Below the pieces are notes generated by a model. That model had not been told where the DNA came from. It was given only the letters and a program-made list of their open reading frames with translations, and did not search any database. 60,401 nt of DNA, taken from the NCBI RefSeq assembly GCF_001194135.2, contig NC_069003.1:23854587-23914987 (forward strand), read 5' to 3'. Source of the DNA: Octopus bimaculoides. Taxonomy: Eukaryota. Each line of letters opens with the position of its first letter. Within the stretch, counting starts at the first letter, position 1. The translations under genes were made by a program, and so were the position numbers. This document shows positions 12,206 to 23,442 of the stretch, piece after piece.

Positions 12206-12849
12206 NNNNNNNNNNNNNNNNNNNNNNNNNNNNNNNNNNNNNNNNNNNNNNNNNNNNNNNNNNNNNNNNNNNNNNNNNNNNNNNNNNNNNNNNNNNNNNN
12301 NNNNNNNNNNNNNNNNNNNNNNNNNNNNNNNNNNNNNNNNNNNNNNNNNNNNNNNNNNNNNNNNNNNNNNNNNNNNNNNNNNNNNNNNNNNNNNNNNNNN
12401 NNNNNNNNNNNNNNNNNNNNNNNNNNNNNNNNNNNNNNNNNNNNNNNNNNNNNNNNNNNNNNNNNNNNNNNNNNNNNNNNNNNNNNNNNNNNNNNNNNNN
12501 NNNNNNNNNNNNNNNNNNNNNNNNNNNNNNNNNNNNNNNNNNNNNNNNNNNNNNNNNNNNNNNNNNNNNNNNNNNNNNNNNNNNNNNNNNNNNNNNNNNN
12601 NNNNNNNNNNNNNNNATATATATATACACATATATATACATATATATAATTTCAAAAACACGTAAGTTTAAGATGTGGATTATTAAATCAATTAACAGAC
12701 TCCCCTAACTGAATATGTAAAACTGCCAAACCTTTTAAGTTTTAAATGAATATAACAAATCAATTAACTGTTTTCATAATGCTTAGCTAAATAAAAATCA
12801 ATTTTTACACTAAAAAGTAGTAAGGTATCTAATCCTATTTTATTTTATT

Positions 12850-13090
12850 GAAATTTCCTCTCAATTTATCAAAATTAAAGCATTCTATAAAAATTTCCTC
12901 ATAATTTATCAAAACTCCATCTTATTTTGTCAAGATTAAAACATTTTATCAAAAATTTCTCATAGTTTATCAAAATTTGTTCTCAATTAAAATGTTCCTC
13001 ACAATTTATCAAAATTAAAGCATTCTCTCAAAATTTCCTCATAATTTATCAAGATTATGATTTCTCATCTCACAAAATTCCCTCTTAATT
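12850..13090. repeat. AT-rich ~40-bp minisatellite
   Basis: AAATTTCCTC..AATTTATCAAAA recurs. Confidence 0.7.
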
Positions 13091-13384
13091 CATGTTCCAA
13101 ACATTAACTTGATAAAATGACAAAGTTATTCTATGAAATTCTTCATGATTTTCAAAATTAATTGAAACAAAGGTAGTACATTTTAATAGAAATATAATAA
13201 AGAAGGGGTTACATCTGGACCCCTATGAATTCATGTGTTGATGAGGAATATAATGTTAGAGATACTGATGATGATGATGATGATGATGATGAGAAGGAGG
13301 ATGATGATGGTGGTGGTGGTGGTGGTATCAATGATGATAATGATGATGATGATGATGATGATAATTGCTTGATTTGTTCATCAG

Positions 13385-13494
13385 TTTTGCAGAAAAGGGT
13401 TACAATATGACCATTACTGATGCGAGCCCACAAATGGTGAAGGATGCGAAGATCAAATGTGCCTCTACCCTGGCCTACAGTCTCTCATTCATTG
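13385..13494 (+). CDS. STAND-TPR gene exon (TPR-like)
   Basis: Acceptor TTTGTTCATCAG|. Joins as ...EALNFAEKGYNMTITDASPQMVKDAKIKCASTLAYSLSFI. Donor GTAATA. Phase 2 in, 1 out. Confidence 0.75.
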
Positions 13495-14489
13495 GTAATA
13501 ACTGTATTATGTCTCTCATGGTGGTGGTGGTGGTGGTGGTGGTAGTGGTGGTAGTTCTATTTGGTCCCAGGTCAACACTTGTTGAGCAGATCTATTATAA
13601 AAAAAGTCTACCTGCTATAAAAAAAAGTCTACCTGCTATAAAAAGTCTACCTTTTCCCTATGAGTAGGGAACCAAGGGGTACATTGTCTAATGTGCCATT
13701 TTATTAATAAGGCAGTGATTTACAGGGGAAATTTTGATTGTCATCTATTTCTAGCAAGTTGAGTAACCCCATAAAGGCTTCTTTGTTGATTTGTGGTTGT
13801 GGTCATGTATAATATGTGACAGAATGTGGTTTGTGTTTGGTAATAGTTGTGATGAGTGGAGGCACGGGTCTTAGTGTTAAACTCATGATCATAAGATTGT
13901 GGTTTCAATTCCTGAACTGGGCGATGTGTTGTAGTCCACTCAGCTGGCAAAAATCAGTAATCCTGTGACAGACTGGACAGGTGTGAAATATATATGCCAT
14001 GCAAACTGGGAAACTGCCCCTTATTAGTTGGCATGGCACAAAAAGTGGGGAAAAAGTAATTGCCATGCATGAGAAGATATGTAAGAATAGTAGTAGTGGT
14101 GGTGGTGGTGGTAGTGGTGGTGGTGGTGGTGGTGGTGGTTATGGTGGTGGTGGTGGTGGTGGTGGTGGTTATCATTGTGGTTGTGGTTGTGGATACACAT
14201 GGTAGTTGCTTGTTATATAACCCCAGGTTAACCCCTAATCCAGTAGACCTATGACAAAATGTGTGTCAAATCTTGTCTTTTATTCTGACATCATCAGGCT
14301 ACATGCTGATGGTGTTGTTGTTGTTGTTGTTGTTTAGTCAGACGCCTGTCTCCTGACTATGTGTGTCTCTGACATGTAGGTAAACTGACTGAAAGACTAG
14401 GTACAAACCCATAGTCCCACATGTACCATGTATGCAAATCTGAAGATTACATTATAGATTCTGTCATGTGGTTGTTAAGTGTATGCACA

Positions 14490-14703
14490 TGAGGGGGTGC
14501 TGAGAAGTTCCTGGCTTTGAGCAAAAGAAAATACAGGAGGATCAGTTAATTATGATTTTATTCAACATATTTCCCTCTGAAATTCACACACTTAGTGCAG
14601 TGGTCCTTCAGTTTTTCTAAGCCCTGTAAAAGAACTTGGAAGATTGGACCTTCAAACAGGCCTTTTGTGATATCCTTACAGCCAGAAACTTTTCAGCACC
14701 CTC
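14490..14703 (-). mobile_element. Mariner-derived MITE
   Basis: TIRs GAGGGGGTGCTGAGAAGTTCCTGGCT / AGCCAGAAACTTTTCAGCACCCTC. The interior is the reverse complement of the 33795 copy. Confidence 0.8.
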
Positions 14704-14760
14704 TAATAGAGTGTGGCTGTGTGAACATGTTTAATTTTCACCTGTCTTCTTTTTTTGCAG

Positions 14761-14874
14761 GTTATTATGATAAATGTGAGAAAATATTGAAAGAAAACTT
14801 AAAGGAAATATCAGTCATGAATACTCTTGTTTTATCTAAAATGTTGAATACAATGGGTGTTAATTACGAAAGGA
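14761..14874 (+). CDS. STAND-TPR gene exon (TPR-like)
   Basis: Acceptor TTTTTTGCAG|. Encodes GYYDKCEKILKENLKEISVMNTLVLSKMLNTMGVNYER. Donor GTAAGT. Phase 1/1. Confidence 0.85.
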
Positions 14875-15187
14875 GTAAGTATGGTACCAACATCCCTCTT
14901 TTTTTACCTCTAGATATTTTGTTACTTTCTATTTAAGCACAGGTGTAGCTGTATGGTTAAGAATTTTGTTTCCCAATCACATGTCTAGAATTGTTTGTTC
15001 TTAGCTTAGAACTTACCAACCAGTTGTTTCCCTAAAATATGACATGATTTTACATCCATGTTCAGATCCTGACTGCATCATATTCAAGTTTAGCTTATTC
15101 TAAATTAATTTACCTAAAAGTCTCACAACTGTATTCAAGGCTTTGTCTATACATTATTTATATTTTTTTCATTTTCTCTTTCAACAG

Positions 15188-15331
15188 ATGGTTCACAATG
15201 TGACAAAGCATTTGAATTCTATAATGCTGCACTTAGTGAAAGATTGAAAATTGTTACCGTAAATCCCAAAATATCTGTGATATCATACTGTAATGTAGCA
15301 AAGTTATTATCCCGCGAGTATGGCAGACACA
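15188..15331 (+). CDS. STAND-TPR gene exon (TPR-like)
   Basis: Acceptor CTCTTTCAACAG|. Encodes NGSQCDKAFEFYNAALSERLKIVTVNPKISVISYCNVAKLLSREYGRH. Donor GTAAGT. Phase 1/1. Confidence 0.85.
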
Positions 15332-15414
15332 GTAAGTACATAGTTTTAAGTTGTAAGTAAAATCTAAAACTACTTAAAATATCTGCTTGTTTTCTTTATT
15401 AATATTTCTCCTTC

Positions 15415-15780
15415 TTAAGATGGTGAACTGTCATAATTGCGAACACTTTGGGCAAAGTTCTTAGAGATATTTTGTCTGTTTATATGTTCTGAGTTCAAAT
15501 TCTGCCAAAGTTGACTTTGCTTTCCATCCTTTTGGGGTCAATAATCAGCGTTTCTCCTTTTTTAAGGCGGCAAGCGAGTAGAATCACTAGCATGCTGAGC
15601 AAATTTTTTTAGCAGTATTTTGTTCATTTTTACATTCTGAATTCAAATTCCACTGATGTTGACTTGACCTTACATCCTTTTGAGGTCAATAAAATATTAA
15701 GTACCAGTTGAACACTGGGGTTGATGTAATCAACTTACCCCCTCCCAGAAATTGCTGGGCTTGTGCCAAAATTTGAAAAT
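15415..15780 (+). mobile_element. Two tandem degenerate SINE copies, same family as 1591
   Basis: Two TTCTGAGTTCAAATT...GACTTTGC..TCCATCCTTTTG blocks. Confidence 0.7.
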
Positions 15781-15800
15781 AATATTTTTTCTTCCTCCAG

Positions 15801-15912
15801 GTAAAGCACTACAACTCCTGTTCAGTGCCAAGGATATCCAAAAGAAGCATAGATGGCTACACATGGACACCTCCTTGATATTGCGTTACATTAGTGATGT
15901 GTATTTGAGAAT
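15801..15912 (+). CDS. STAND-TPR gene exon (TPR-like)
   Basis: Acceptor TTCTTCCTCCAG|. Encodes SKALQLLFSAKDIQKKHRWLHMDTSLILRYISDVYLR. Donor GTAAGT. Phase 1 in, 2 out. Confidence 0.85.
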
Positions 15913-16641
15913 GTAAGTACTTTGGTTAGATCAGCCTCATTGGTTGAGTGCATTTGAGAATGGAAGTAGTTTCGTCTGACCAACCAGATTAACTGAGTGC
16001 ATTTGCGAATGTAAGTAATTGGTTGATTGTGAATGTGTGGCTGTGTGTAGTTTAGACAAACACTATTCCAAGAGTTAAACATAATTTTATTTATGCTGCT
16101 CAAGTTGGTCCTGAATTACAAAATTCTCTACATAGAGTCAACAAGATGTAAGAAACTTGATGTCACATGCGCGGTAGCTAGATAGAAAGGTTTAGCACGA
16201 GGGTTGGATTAAACATGGAGATGCCCACTACCTTACTGTACTGGCAGTTCAGCAAAAGACACTGATAGAACAAGTACCAGACTTTAAAAACTAAGTAGTG
16301 GGGTCAATTCATTTGACTAAAAAATTCTTCCGAGCAATACCCCAGCATAGCCATAGTCTAATGACTAAAGCAAATAAAAGATAACAGGTATGTAGCAAAA
16401 TAAATATCTTTTTTATTTGCTTTTATTTCGTTTTCACTCTGTAGAGTTTTTATCTACCAACCACCACCACCACCACTGCCACCACCATTGCCACCACTAC
16501 CACTGCTACCATTACTACTACCATCACCACCACTACCACCATAATTATTATTACTACTGTCACCCTCCACTGCCATCACCACCACCACCACTTTGGATGC
16601 AATTTCATCATCAAGCCACTACGGTCATCTTCTTATTCCAG

Positions 16642-16906
16642 GCAACAAATCTCCAACAGTCTGATATTTTTTCATGAGGCCTTGGCTATCTACAACCAGA
16701 TAAACCCAAATTACCTTGGAAAGATAAAGGTCATTCATGCAATTGCTCACTGCTATCTATTGAAAGAGGAATTCGGTAATGCCAAGAGTACTTTTAAGGG
16801 CATGCTGGAAAGTAAAAGCGACCATTTGTTGAGCGGCGTATCAGAAGTTGAAGTTTTCTCAATGGCTTTAGAACACCTGGTTTATCTCAATTTGGAAAAC
16901 CCTGAG
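16642..16906 (+). CDS. STAND-TPR gene exon (TPR-like); last exon identified, gene continues
   Basis: Acceptor CTTATTCCAG|. Encodes MQQISNSLIFFHEALAIYNQINPNYLGKIKVIHAIAHCYLLKEEFGNAKSTFKGML...LNLENPE. Donor GTATGG. Phase 2 in, 0 out. Confidence 0.85.
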
Positions 16907-16947
16907 GTATGGTTAATTATCACATATGTTGTAATAGTTGATTGAAT

Positions 16948-17442
16948 GCGGGATTGATTGATGGATTGATTGATTGATGGATTGATTGATTGATGGATTG
17001 ATTGATTGATGGATTGATTGATGGATTAATCGATGGACTGATGATGGTTTGATTGATGGATGGATTGGTGATTGATTGATTGATTGATTGATTGATGGAT
17101 TTATGGATTGATTGATGGATTAATCGATGGACTGATGATGGTTTGATTGGTGGATGGATTGGTGATTGATAGATTGATTGATTGATTGATGGATTAATCG
17201 ATGGACTGATGATGGTTTGATTGATGGATGGATTGGTGATTGATAGATAGATTGATTGATTGATGGATTGATTGATGGATTGATTGATTGATGGATGGAT
17301 TGAGTGATGGATTGGTTGTTGAATTGGTTGATGAATTGATTAATTGATGGATTAATTGATGGACTGATGATGGTTTGATTGATGGATAGATTGGTGATTG
17401 ATAAATTGATGGATTGCTTGATGGATAGATGAGTTGAGTTAC

Positions 17443-17445
<3 letters not shown>
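16948..17445. repeat. (GATT/GATG)n microsatellite with 4 higher-order blocks
   Basis: GGATTAAT(C/T)GATGGACTGATGATGGTTTG recurs at ~17023, 17117, 17191 and 17349. Confidence 0.9.
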
Positions 17446-17503
<58 letters not shown>

Positions 17504-18790
17504 TAATTACGGTTTTCTAAGGAACGCTTGCAATCACAAAAACACACACATCTGAGTTTATCGTAGGTCAGCCTATATGTCCGAATGCAACTTTCGTTAG
17601 GAAATTCTCTCTGAAGAAATACCCAAGTGAGTGGTTTCAAATATGGGAAATTGAATTTTATTTCAGTAATTGCATTGATTGGGTGTGGAAACAGCTGTAG
17701 GCAGGAATTTCCATGCATGAATTTGAATGTCTTTAAATAAATAACATTTGTACGTCAATTTTTTCTATTTTCTTCATTTTCTCATTCATATATATATAAA
17801 GTTAAACACACACACACACATACACATGTACACACGCATATGTGTGTGTGTGTGTGTGTGTAGCGGTAGCTAGATAGTTGAATGATCTCCCTTACAAGAA
17901 AGATCATAGAATAACCTTCCTTTTATAAGTTTCTCGAAGCATCTATGAGACATGATTTTTAACCCTTCAAGAAGCTTAACGTTTCTCTTGGAAGTTTCAA
18001 GACTGTCTAGCGTTCCATTAATAAAAACAGCTAGCTAACCCAGCTTTTCACTTCTTAGTCAATTAGACTTAGACCCATTCTCCTCATTTGCCATGTCCGT
18101 CTATGCCACATGACTGAAACCACCACTTAGCTGTTATTTTTAAATTTTCTTTCTCTGAACTTTCTTGCATAAATTACTTCATTCAACTAGATTCTACAAT
18201 GTGATTCTATATATATATATATATATATATATNNNNNNNNNNNNNNNNNNNNNNNNNNNNNNNNNNNNNNNNNNNNNNNNNNNNNNNNNNNNNNNNNNNN
18301 NNNNNNNNNNNNNNNNNNNNNNNNNNNNNNNNNNNNNNNNNNNNNNNNNNNNNNNNNNNNNNNNNNNNNNNNNNNNNNNNNNNNNNNNNNNNNNNNNNNN
18401 NNNNNNNNNNNNNNNNNNNNNNNNNNNNNNNNNNNNNNNNNNNNNNNNNNNNNNNNNNNNNNNNNNNNNNNNNNNNNNNNNNNNNNNNNNNNNNNNNNNN
18501 NNNNNNNNNNNNNNNNNNNNNNNNNNNNNNNNNNNNNNNNNNNNNNNNNNNNNNNNNNNNNNNNNNNNNNNNNNNNNNNNNNNNNNNNNNNNNNNNNNNN
18601 NNNNNNNNNNNNNNNNNNNNNNNNNNNNNNNNNNNNNNNNNNNNNNNNNNNNNNNNNNNNNNNNNNNNNNNNNNNNNNNNNNNNNNNNNNNNNNNNNNNN
18701 NNNNNNNNNNNNNNNNNNNNNNNNNNNNNNNNNNNNNNNNNNNNNNNNNNNNNNNNNNNNNNNNNNNNNNNNNNNNNNNNNNNNNNNNNN

Positions 18791-18827
<37 letters not shown>

Positions 18828-18837
18828 AGTCACTGCC

Positions 18838-19067
18838 TGGAATCGAACTCGGAATCTTGGGGGTTAGGAGCCAGCGCGCTTAACCACTACGCCATATGCC
18901 CACGGGCATATGGCGTAGTGGTTTTACGGCTGCATGCCCTTCCTAATACCAGCCATTCTGTAGAGTGGACTTAGTGCTTTTTATGTGGCACAGATGAGTA
19001 GTGGTTAACCGTTACGTAGTGGTTAAGAGCGCGGGCTACTAACCCCAAGATTCCGAGTTCGATTCCA
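18838..19067. repeat. Palindromic head-to-head tRNA-like element with a 91-bp insert
   Basis: The left arm 18838-18901 is the near-perfect reverse complement of 18904-18923 plus 19025-19067. Confidence 0.9.
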
Positions 19068-19070
19068 ATA

Positions 19071-19575
19071 ATAATTGTTGTATTCCTCTCGGGAACTCGC
19101 AGAGAAAATACAACGAGTTGTACAACTTAATCATTACATTATTTATCAACCATAACAAAAGACTCACTCACCGAATGTTAATTATCAAGAAACGTTTGTG
19201 TTTACAAGAATGTTTTCCTCGCCATATATCTCAATCCAGTTCAACTTTGACAGTCACTCAAAACAGCAACGAAACAGGGACCTCAGACGAACTACATTCA
19301 ACTATGGGACTTCAGACGAACTACATTCAAATATGGGACTTCAGACGAACAACAAATAAATCTAATAGTCCATATAACAATAATAATTATAACAACAACA
19401 TCAACATCGAAAAATACCTTAGGAATGAGAACCCAGGTTTGAAATTCCCCCAATACACCTGATGAAAACTGGAGGGTATATCAGCCAAAATGTTGTGTTA
19501 ACAACAAACAAGATGAGGACAAATGTCCGTCAATTGTAAATAATGTAAATAATGTCCTCATCTCTTAAATATAGA
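19071..19575 (+). mobile_element. Penelope-like 3' remnant
   Basis: Low-complexity ORF ending IEKYLRNENPGLKFPQYT*, overlapping ACACCTGATGA...CAGCCAAAATGTTGTGT. Confidence 0.45.
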
Positions 19576-21059
19576 ATTGTTGGAAAGCTATTCTTGTTAA
19601 AGAATAATAAATAAATACTCTAGAAAAAGTATTCAGTTTAATGTAAAATTATTGTCAGATAACCAGATATTGTATAGTTGGATGGTTATCTAAAACACAT
19701 GTTCTTCAGAGTCAGAGATGGAAGGCATAGAATAAATATAGTGACTGCTCTTTGTGGCAAGAGGTGACAAAATGCCACATTTGGTTTGTGGCTGTTGTTA
19801 AAGAAAGGAGAGGAAAGAATAAAGAACGAAATGAAGTCATGGAAAATAATTGTATGGAATTTACTAAGAGTTATGTCCCTTGGTCTCTAAACTCTTATCT
19901 TTGGCTGTAAGAATGCGAATCTGTTGGGTAGAAATATGTGTAGGATGTTTAGGGTTTGGTAAGTGTGTAGGGTTGATACATGTTTCGGAGCTCTTTGGTG
20001 GGGTTGGAATAGGGGCACAGATGCCTGAACCTTTAACCCCATGTTTGGGCACGTATGCATACGTGCGTTCGTATGTATATAGTTTTTTGAAGGCACGTGA
20101 CTTGGTGGCAAGGGGCATTCGTCTCACAGTCGTAAGGTCATTAGTTCGACTCCCATTGGCGCTTTGTGTCGTTGAGCAAGATACTTCATTTCAAGTTGCT
20201 CCAGTCCACTCATCTGGCAAAAATGAATAATGCCCATAGTTCAAAGGGCCAGCCCTATCACTCTCTGTGTCATACTGAAATCTCCCTGAGAACTACATTA
20301 AGAGGACATGTGTCTGTAGAGTGTTCAGCCGACCGAAGCTTTGTGATTGAATTTGGTAGGCGGAAGTTACTGCCGTGTGTGTATATGTCTGTGTATGTGC
20401 TTGTGCCTCTCTCCCAGAGNNNNNNNNNNATGTCTGTGTATGTGCTTGTGCCTCTCTCCCAGAGAGTGAGAGAGGGATATATACCAGCCTTAAAAGCGCA
20501 CTTTGGGTGGCATTCAGGTTAGCTTCTGTGGAGGGCACCTTTGAGGCCTTTGGCCCCACAATCTGGTCGCTTTGTGTCCCTCTACCCTTATGTAATGAAA
20601 CTTATTTCTGAAAATGTTCTAAGCACTGATGCTGAGCATAGTTTAGTCAATAAGCATAGGAGCAAGGTAAATGCAGTAAAAATAGGGGATTCAACGGGGC
20701 CCCATTTAAGTGGCCCTTCAGAAATTGAACCTCCTTATGATACTCCCCACGGGTTCATAGTATTAAAGTCATTGTCATTACTCCAATTTGGTCTCCAATA
20801 CCATTTAGTTTAAAATGCAGTAAAAATAGTGGGGTCATTGGGGCCCCAATTAGGCAGCCCTTAAAAAAAATAGACCCCTCAGAACATACCCTGAAATTAA
20901 GGGAGTTGCTGGTTCAAGTTTTATTGTTCTTGCACCAACGGTCTAGGAGGAGTTAGTGAACATAAAAATATAACAGATAGAGAAACATCACTCAAATTTA
21001 TATCAAGATATGGAACATCAGTGTTCAATGTGTGTGTGTGTGTGTATATATATATATTT

Positions 21060-21230
21060 AGGCACAGGAGTGGGGTGGCTGTGTGGTAAGTAGCTTGTTT
21101 ACCAACCACATGGTTCCGGGTTCAGTCCCACTGCATGGCACTTTGGGCAAGTATCTTCTACTATAGCCTCGGGTCGACCAAAGCCTTGTGAGTGGATTTG
21201 GTAGACGGAAACTGAAAGAAGCCCGTCGTA
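21060..21230 (+). mobile_element. tRNA-derived SINE (third family) ending in (TA)n
   Basis: GGCTGTGTGGTAAG...GGTTCAGTCCCACTG...GTGAGTGGATTTGGTAGACGGAAACTGAAAGAAGCCC. Other copies at ~2150(-), 39925(-), 40735, 42905, 50835(-), 55965, 58925(-). Confidence 0.75.
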
Positions 21231-21613
21231 TATATGTATATATATGTATATATATATATATATATATATNNNNNNNNNNNNNNNNNNNNNNNNNNNNNNN
21301 NNNNNNNNNNNNNNNNNNNNNNNNNNNNNNNNNNNNNNNNNNNNNNNNNNNNNNNNNNNNNNNNNNNNNNNNNNNNNNNNNNNNNNNNNNNNNNNNNNNN
21401 NNNNNNNNNNNNNNNNNNNNNNNNNNNNNNNNNNNNNNNNNNNNNNNNNNNNNNNNNNNNNNNNNNNNNNNNNNNNNNNNNNNNNNNNNNNNNNNNNNNN
21501 NNNNNNNNNNNNNNNNNNNNNNNNNNNNNNNNNNNNNNNNGTCGACTAAAGGCAGTGTTGCACCATGGTCACAGTCAAAATGACTGAAACAAGTGAAAGA
21601 GTAAGAGTAAAGA

Positions 21614-21656
<43 letters not shown>

Positions 21657-22029
21657 CACACATACACAATCATTGTCATTGTTTTAACATCCACTTTCCA
21701 TGCTTTCATGGTTGTCAGATTATTGAGGCAGATTTTCAATGACCAAATGTTTTTTATCTTGCTTTTTTTCAAGCAAAGTAATATTTCTTCATGGCCCAGA
21801 TATGTTCTTGCAGACTATTGGAAATGATTGACCCTGCTTGTATGGCAGTGATACTTCTTTACAGTTATCAATCAATGTCAAAACAAGAAGACACAAACAT
21901 ACATGTGTGCATGTATATACGTATGTCTGTAACACTTGTCTTGACATCAGGTGAGGACTGTAAATGAGCATCACTGTCATACAAGCAAAGCTACTTGTTT
22001 CCAGTCATGTGTGTTAAATGTTTCTGACT

Positions 22030-22500
22030 ACAGGAAAATGTTACCTTGCTTGGAAACAGGCGAGGGTTGGTGACAAGAAGGGTATCCAGCTGTAGAAAAT
22101 AATTTGTCTGACTCACTCAAGCATGGGAAAATATTACCTTGCTTGGAAACAGGTGAGGATTGGCAAAAGAAAGGACATCCAGCTATAGAAAATATACCTC
22201 AGCATGAGAAAATATTACCTTGCTTGGAAATAGGTGAGGGTTGTCAAAAGAATGGGCAACCTGCAGTAGAAAATATGCTTGACCATGGGAAAATGTTACC
22301 TTGCTTGGAAACAGGTGCAGGTCATTGATAGAAATGACAACCTGCTGTAGAAAATATGCCTGACCATGAGAAAATGCTACCTTGTTTGGTGACAGGAAGG
22401 GCAACCTGCCATAGAAAATATGCCTGAGCATGGGAAAATATAACAGGTGAGGGTTGGCAAGAGGAAGGGCATCCAGCTGTAGAAAATATGCCTCAACAGA
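22030..22500. repeat. 81-bp minisatellite, ~6 units
   Basis: CATG(G/A)GAAAA anchors at 22122, 22203, 22284 and 22365. Confidence 0.9.
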
Positions 22501-23087
22501 TTCTACTTGGCCTGTGCAAACATGGAAAAGTTGACATTAAATGCTGATGACAATGAGATCAATAGACAGATACACAGATATACATGTACATAAAAAAAAA
22601 AGCAGCTGTTTTTTTTTTAAAAATATTTTATTTATTTCAAACAAGTGCAACAAATTTTGTCAATCAGTTGACTATTTTTCCAAAGTAGAAATATCCATAA
22701 AATCAGCAATGAAACCGACTGACCGGAATTAGGGGTGTGCTGTGGCCACAATTCAGGGTGGATACATTGAAGTGGCTTCTAACTCCATGGGAGGATTTCA
22801 ACTAAGTAAATGTAATGACAATCTACTTACAGATATACTGGGCGTCAATACCTCCCCATGGTACCTATTGTTTTCCATGTGAACTTGGACTGAACCATTG
22901 AGAGTTAACTGTGTAAGTCAAAAACAGAGGCCATTGGATGTAAAGGGCATCAATACCACTGACCGAATGGCTGCTTGACCAGTTCTTGGGTTAGCTGTAG
23001 CTCTCAACTCTATGGGTGTATGGATGTGTGTGTGTATCTATGAGTATGTATGTGTGTAAGTATGTGCAAATATTTGTGTCTTTCAAT

Positions 23088-23126
<39 letters not shown>

Positions 23127-23233
23127 ATATTTAATTTAGCCAGTCAGTTTGTCTTCTATCTACCCACTTACCTACATACATAATAAATGTATACACACAT
23201 GCACACATATATATACATACAGACAGACATATA

Positions 23234-23277
<44 letters not shown>

Positions 23278-23336
23278 GGTATGTTGGTGCAAACAGGAAA
23301 AATAGAACTCAAAATATGAGTATATGTATATATTTA

Positions 23337-23442
23337 TTAATATTTAGCGGAAGTAACAGAATGACTACAGGTCAAAGAATTTCATTGCCAACGCTTGAAA
23401 CTCTTGGACCTTGAGTGATTCTGTTACTTCTGCTAAATATTA
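23337..23442. repeat. ~106-bp fold-back (MITE-like)
   Basis: TTAATATTTAGCGGAAGTAACAGAATGACTACAGGTCAAAGA pairs with TCTTGGACCTTGAGTGATTCTGTTACTTCTGCTAAATATTAA. Confidence 0.85.

Noticed and set aside
8733-12708. Long ORFs in the supplied track spanning N runs (also 18165-18974, 29912-30963, 41648-42769, 55843-57901)
   Set aside because: They are open only because Ns translate as X, and the flanks are microsatellites.
13225-13410. Asp/Gly-rich ORF (similarly 13999-14205 Gly-rich and 56938-57306 Asp-rich)
   Set aside because: These are translations of (GAT)n/(GGT)n microsatellites. The real exon at 13385 uses another frame.
18904-19067. tRNA gene call for the palindrome arms and SINE heads
   Set aside because: A and B boxes are present but there is no complete cloverleaf with an acceptor stem. 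These are tRNA-derived repeats.
19864-20127. Overlapping ORFs on both strands
   Set aside because: No recognisable motifs. It is possibly a decayed LINE linker but cannot be supported.
21774-21827. Candidate phase-0 terminal exon of the STAND gene (QSNISSWPRYVLADYWK*)
   Set aside because: It has an acceptor-like site but no TPR-like signal, so it cannot be distinguished from chance.
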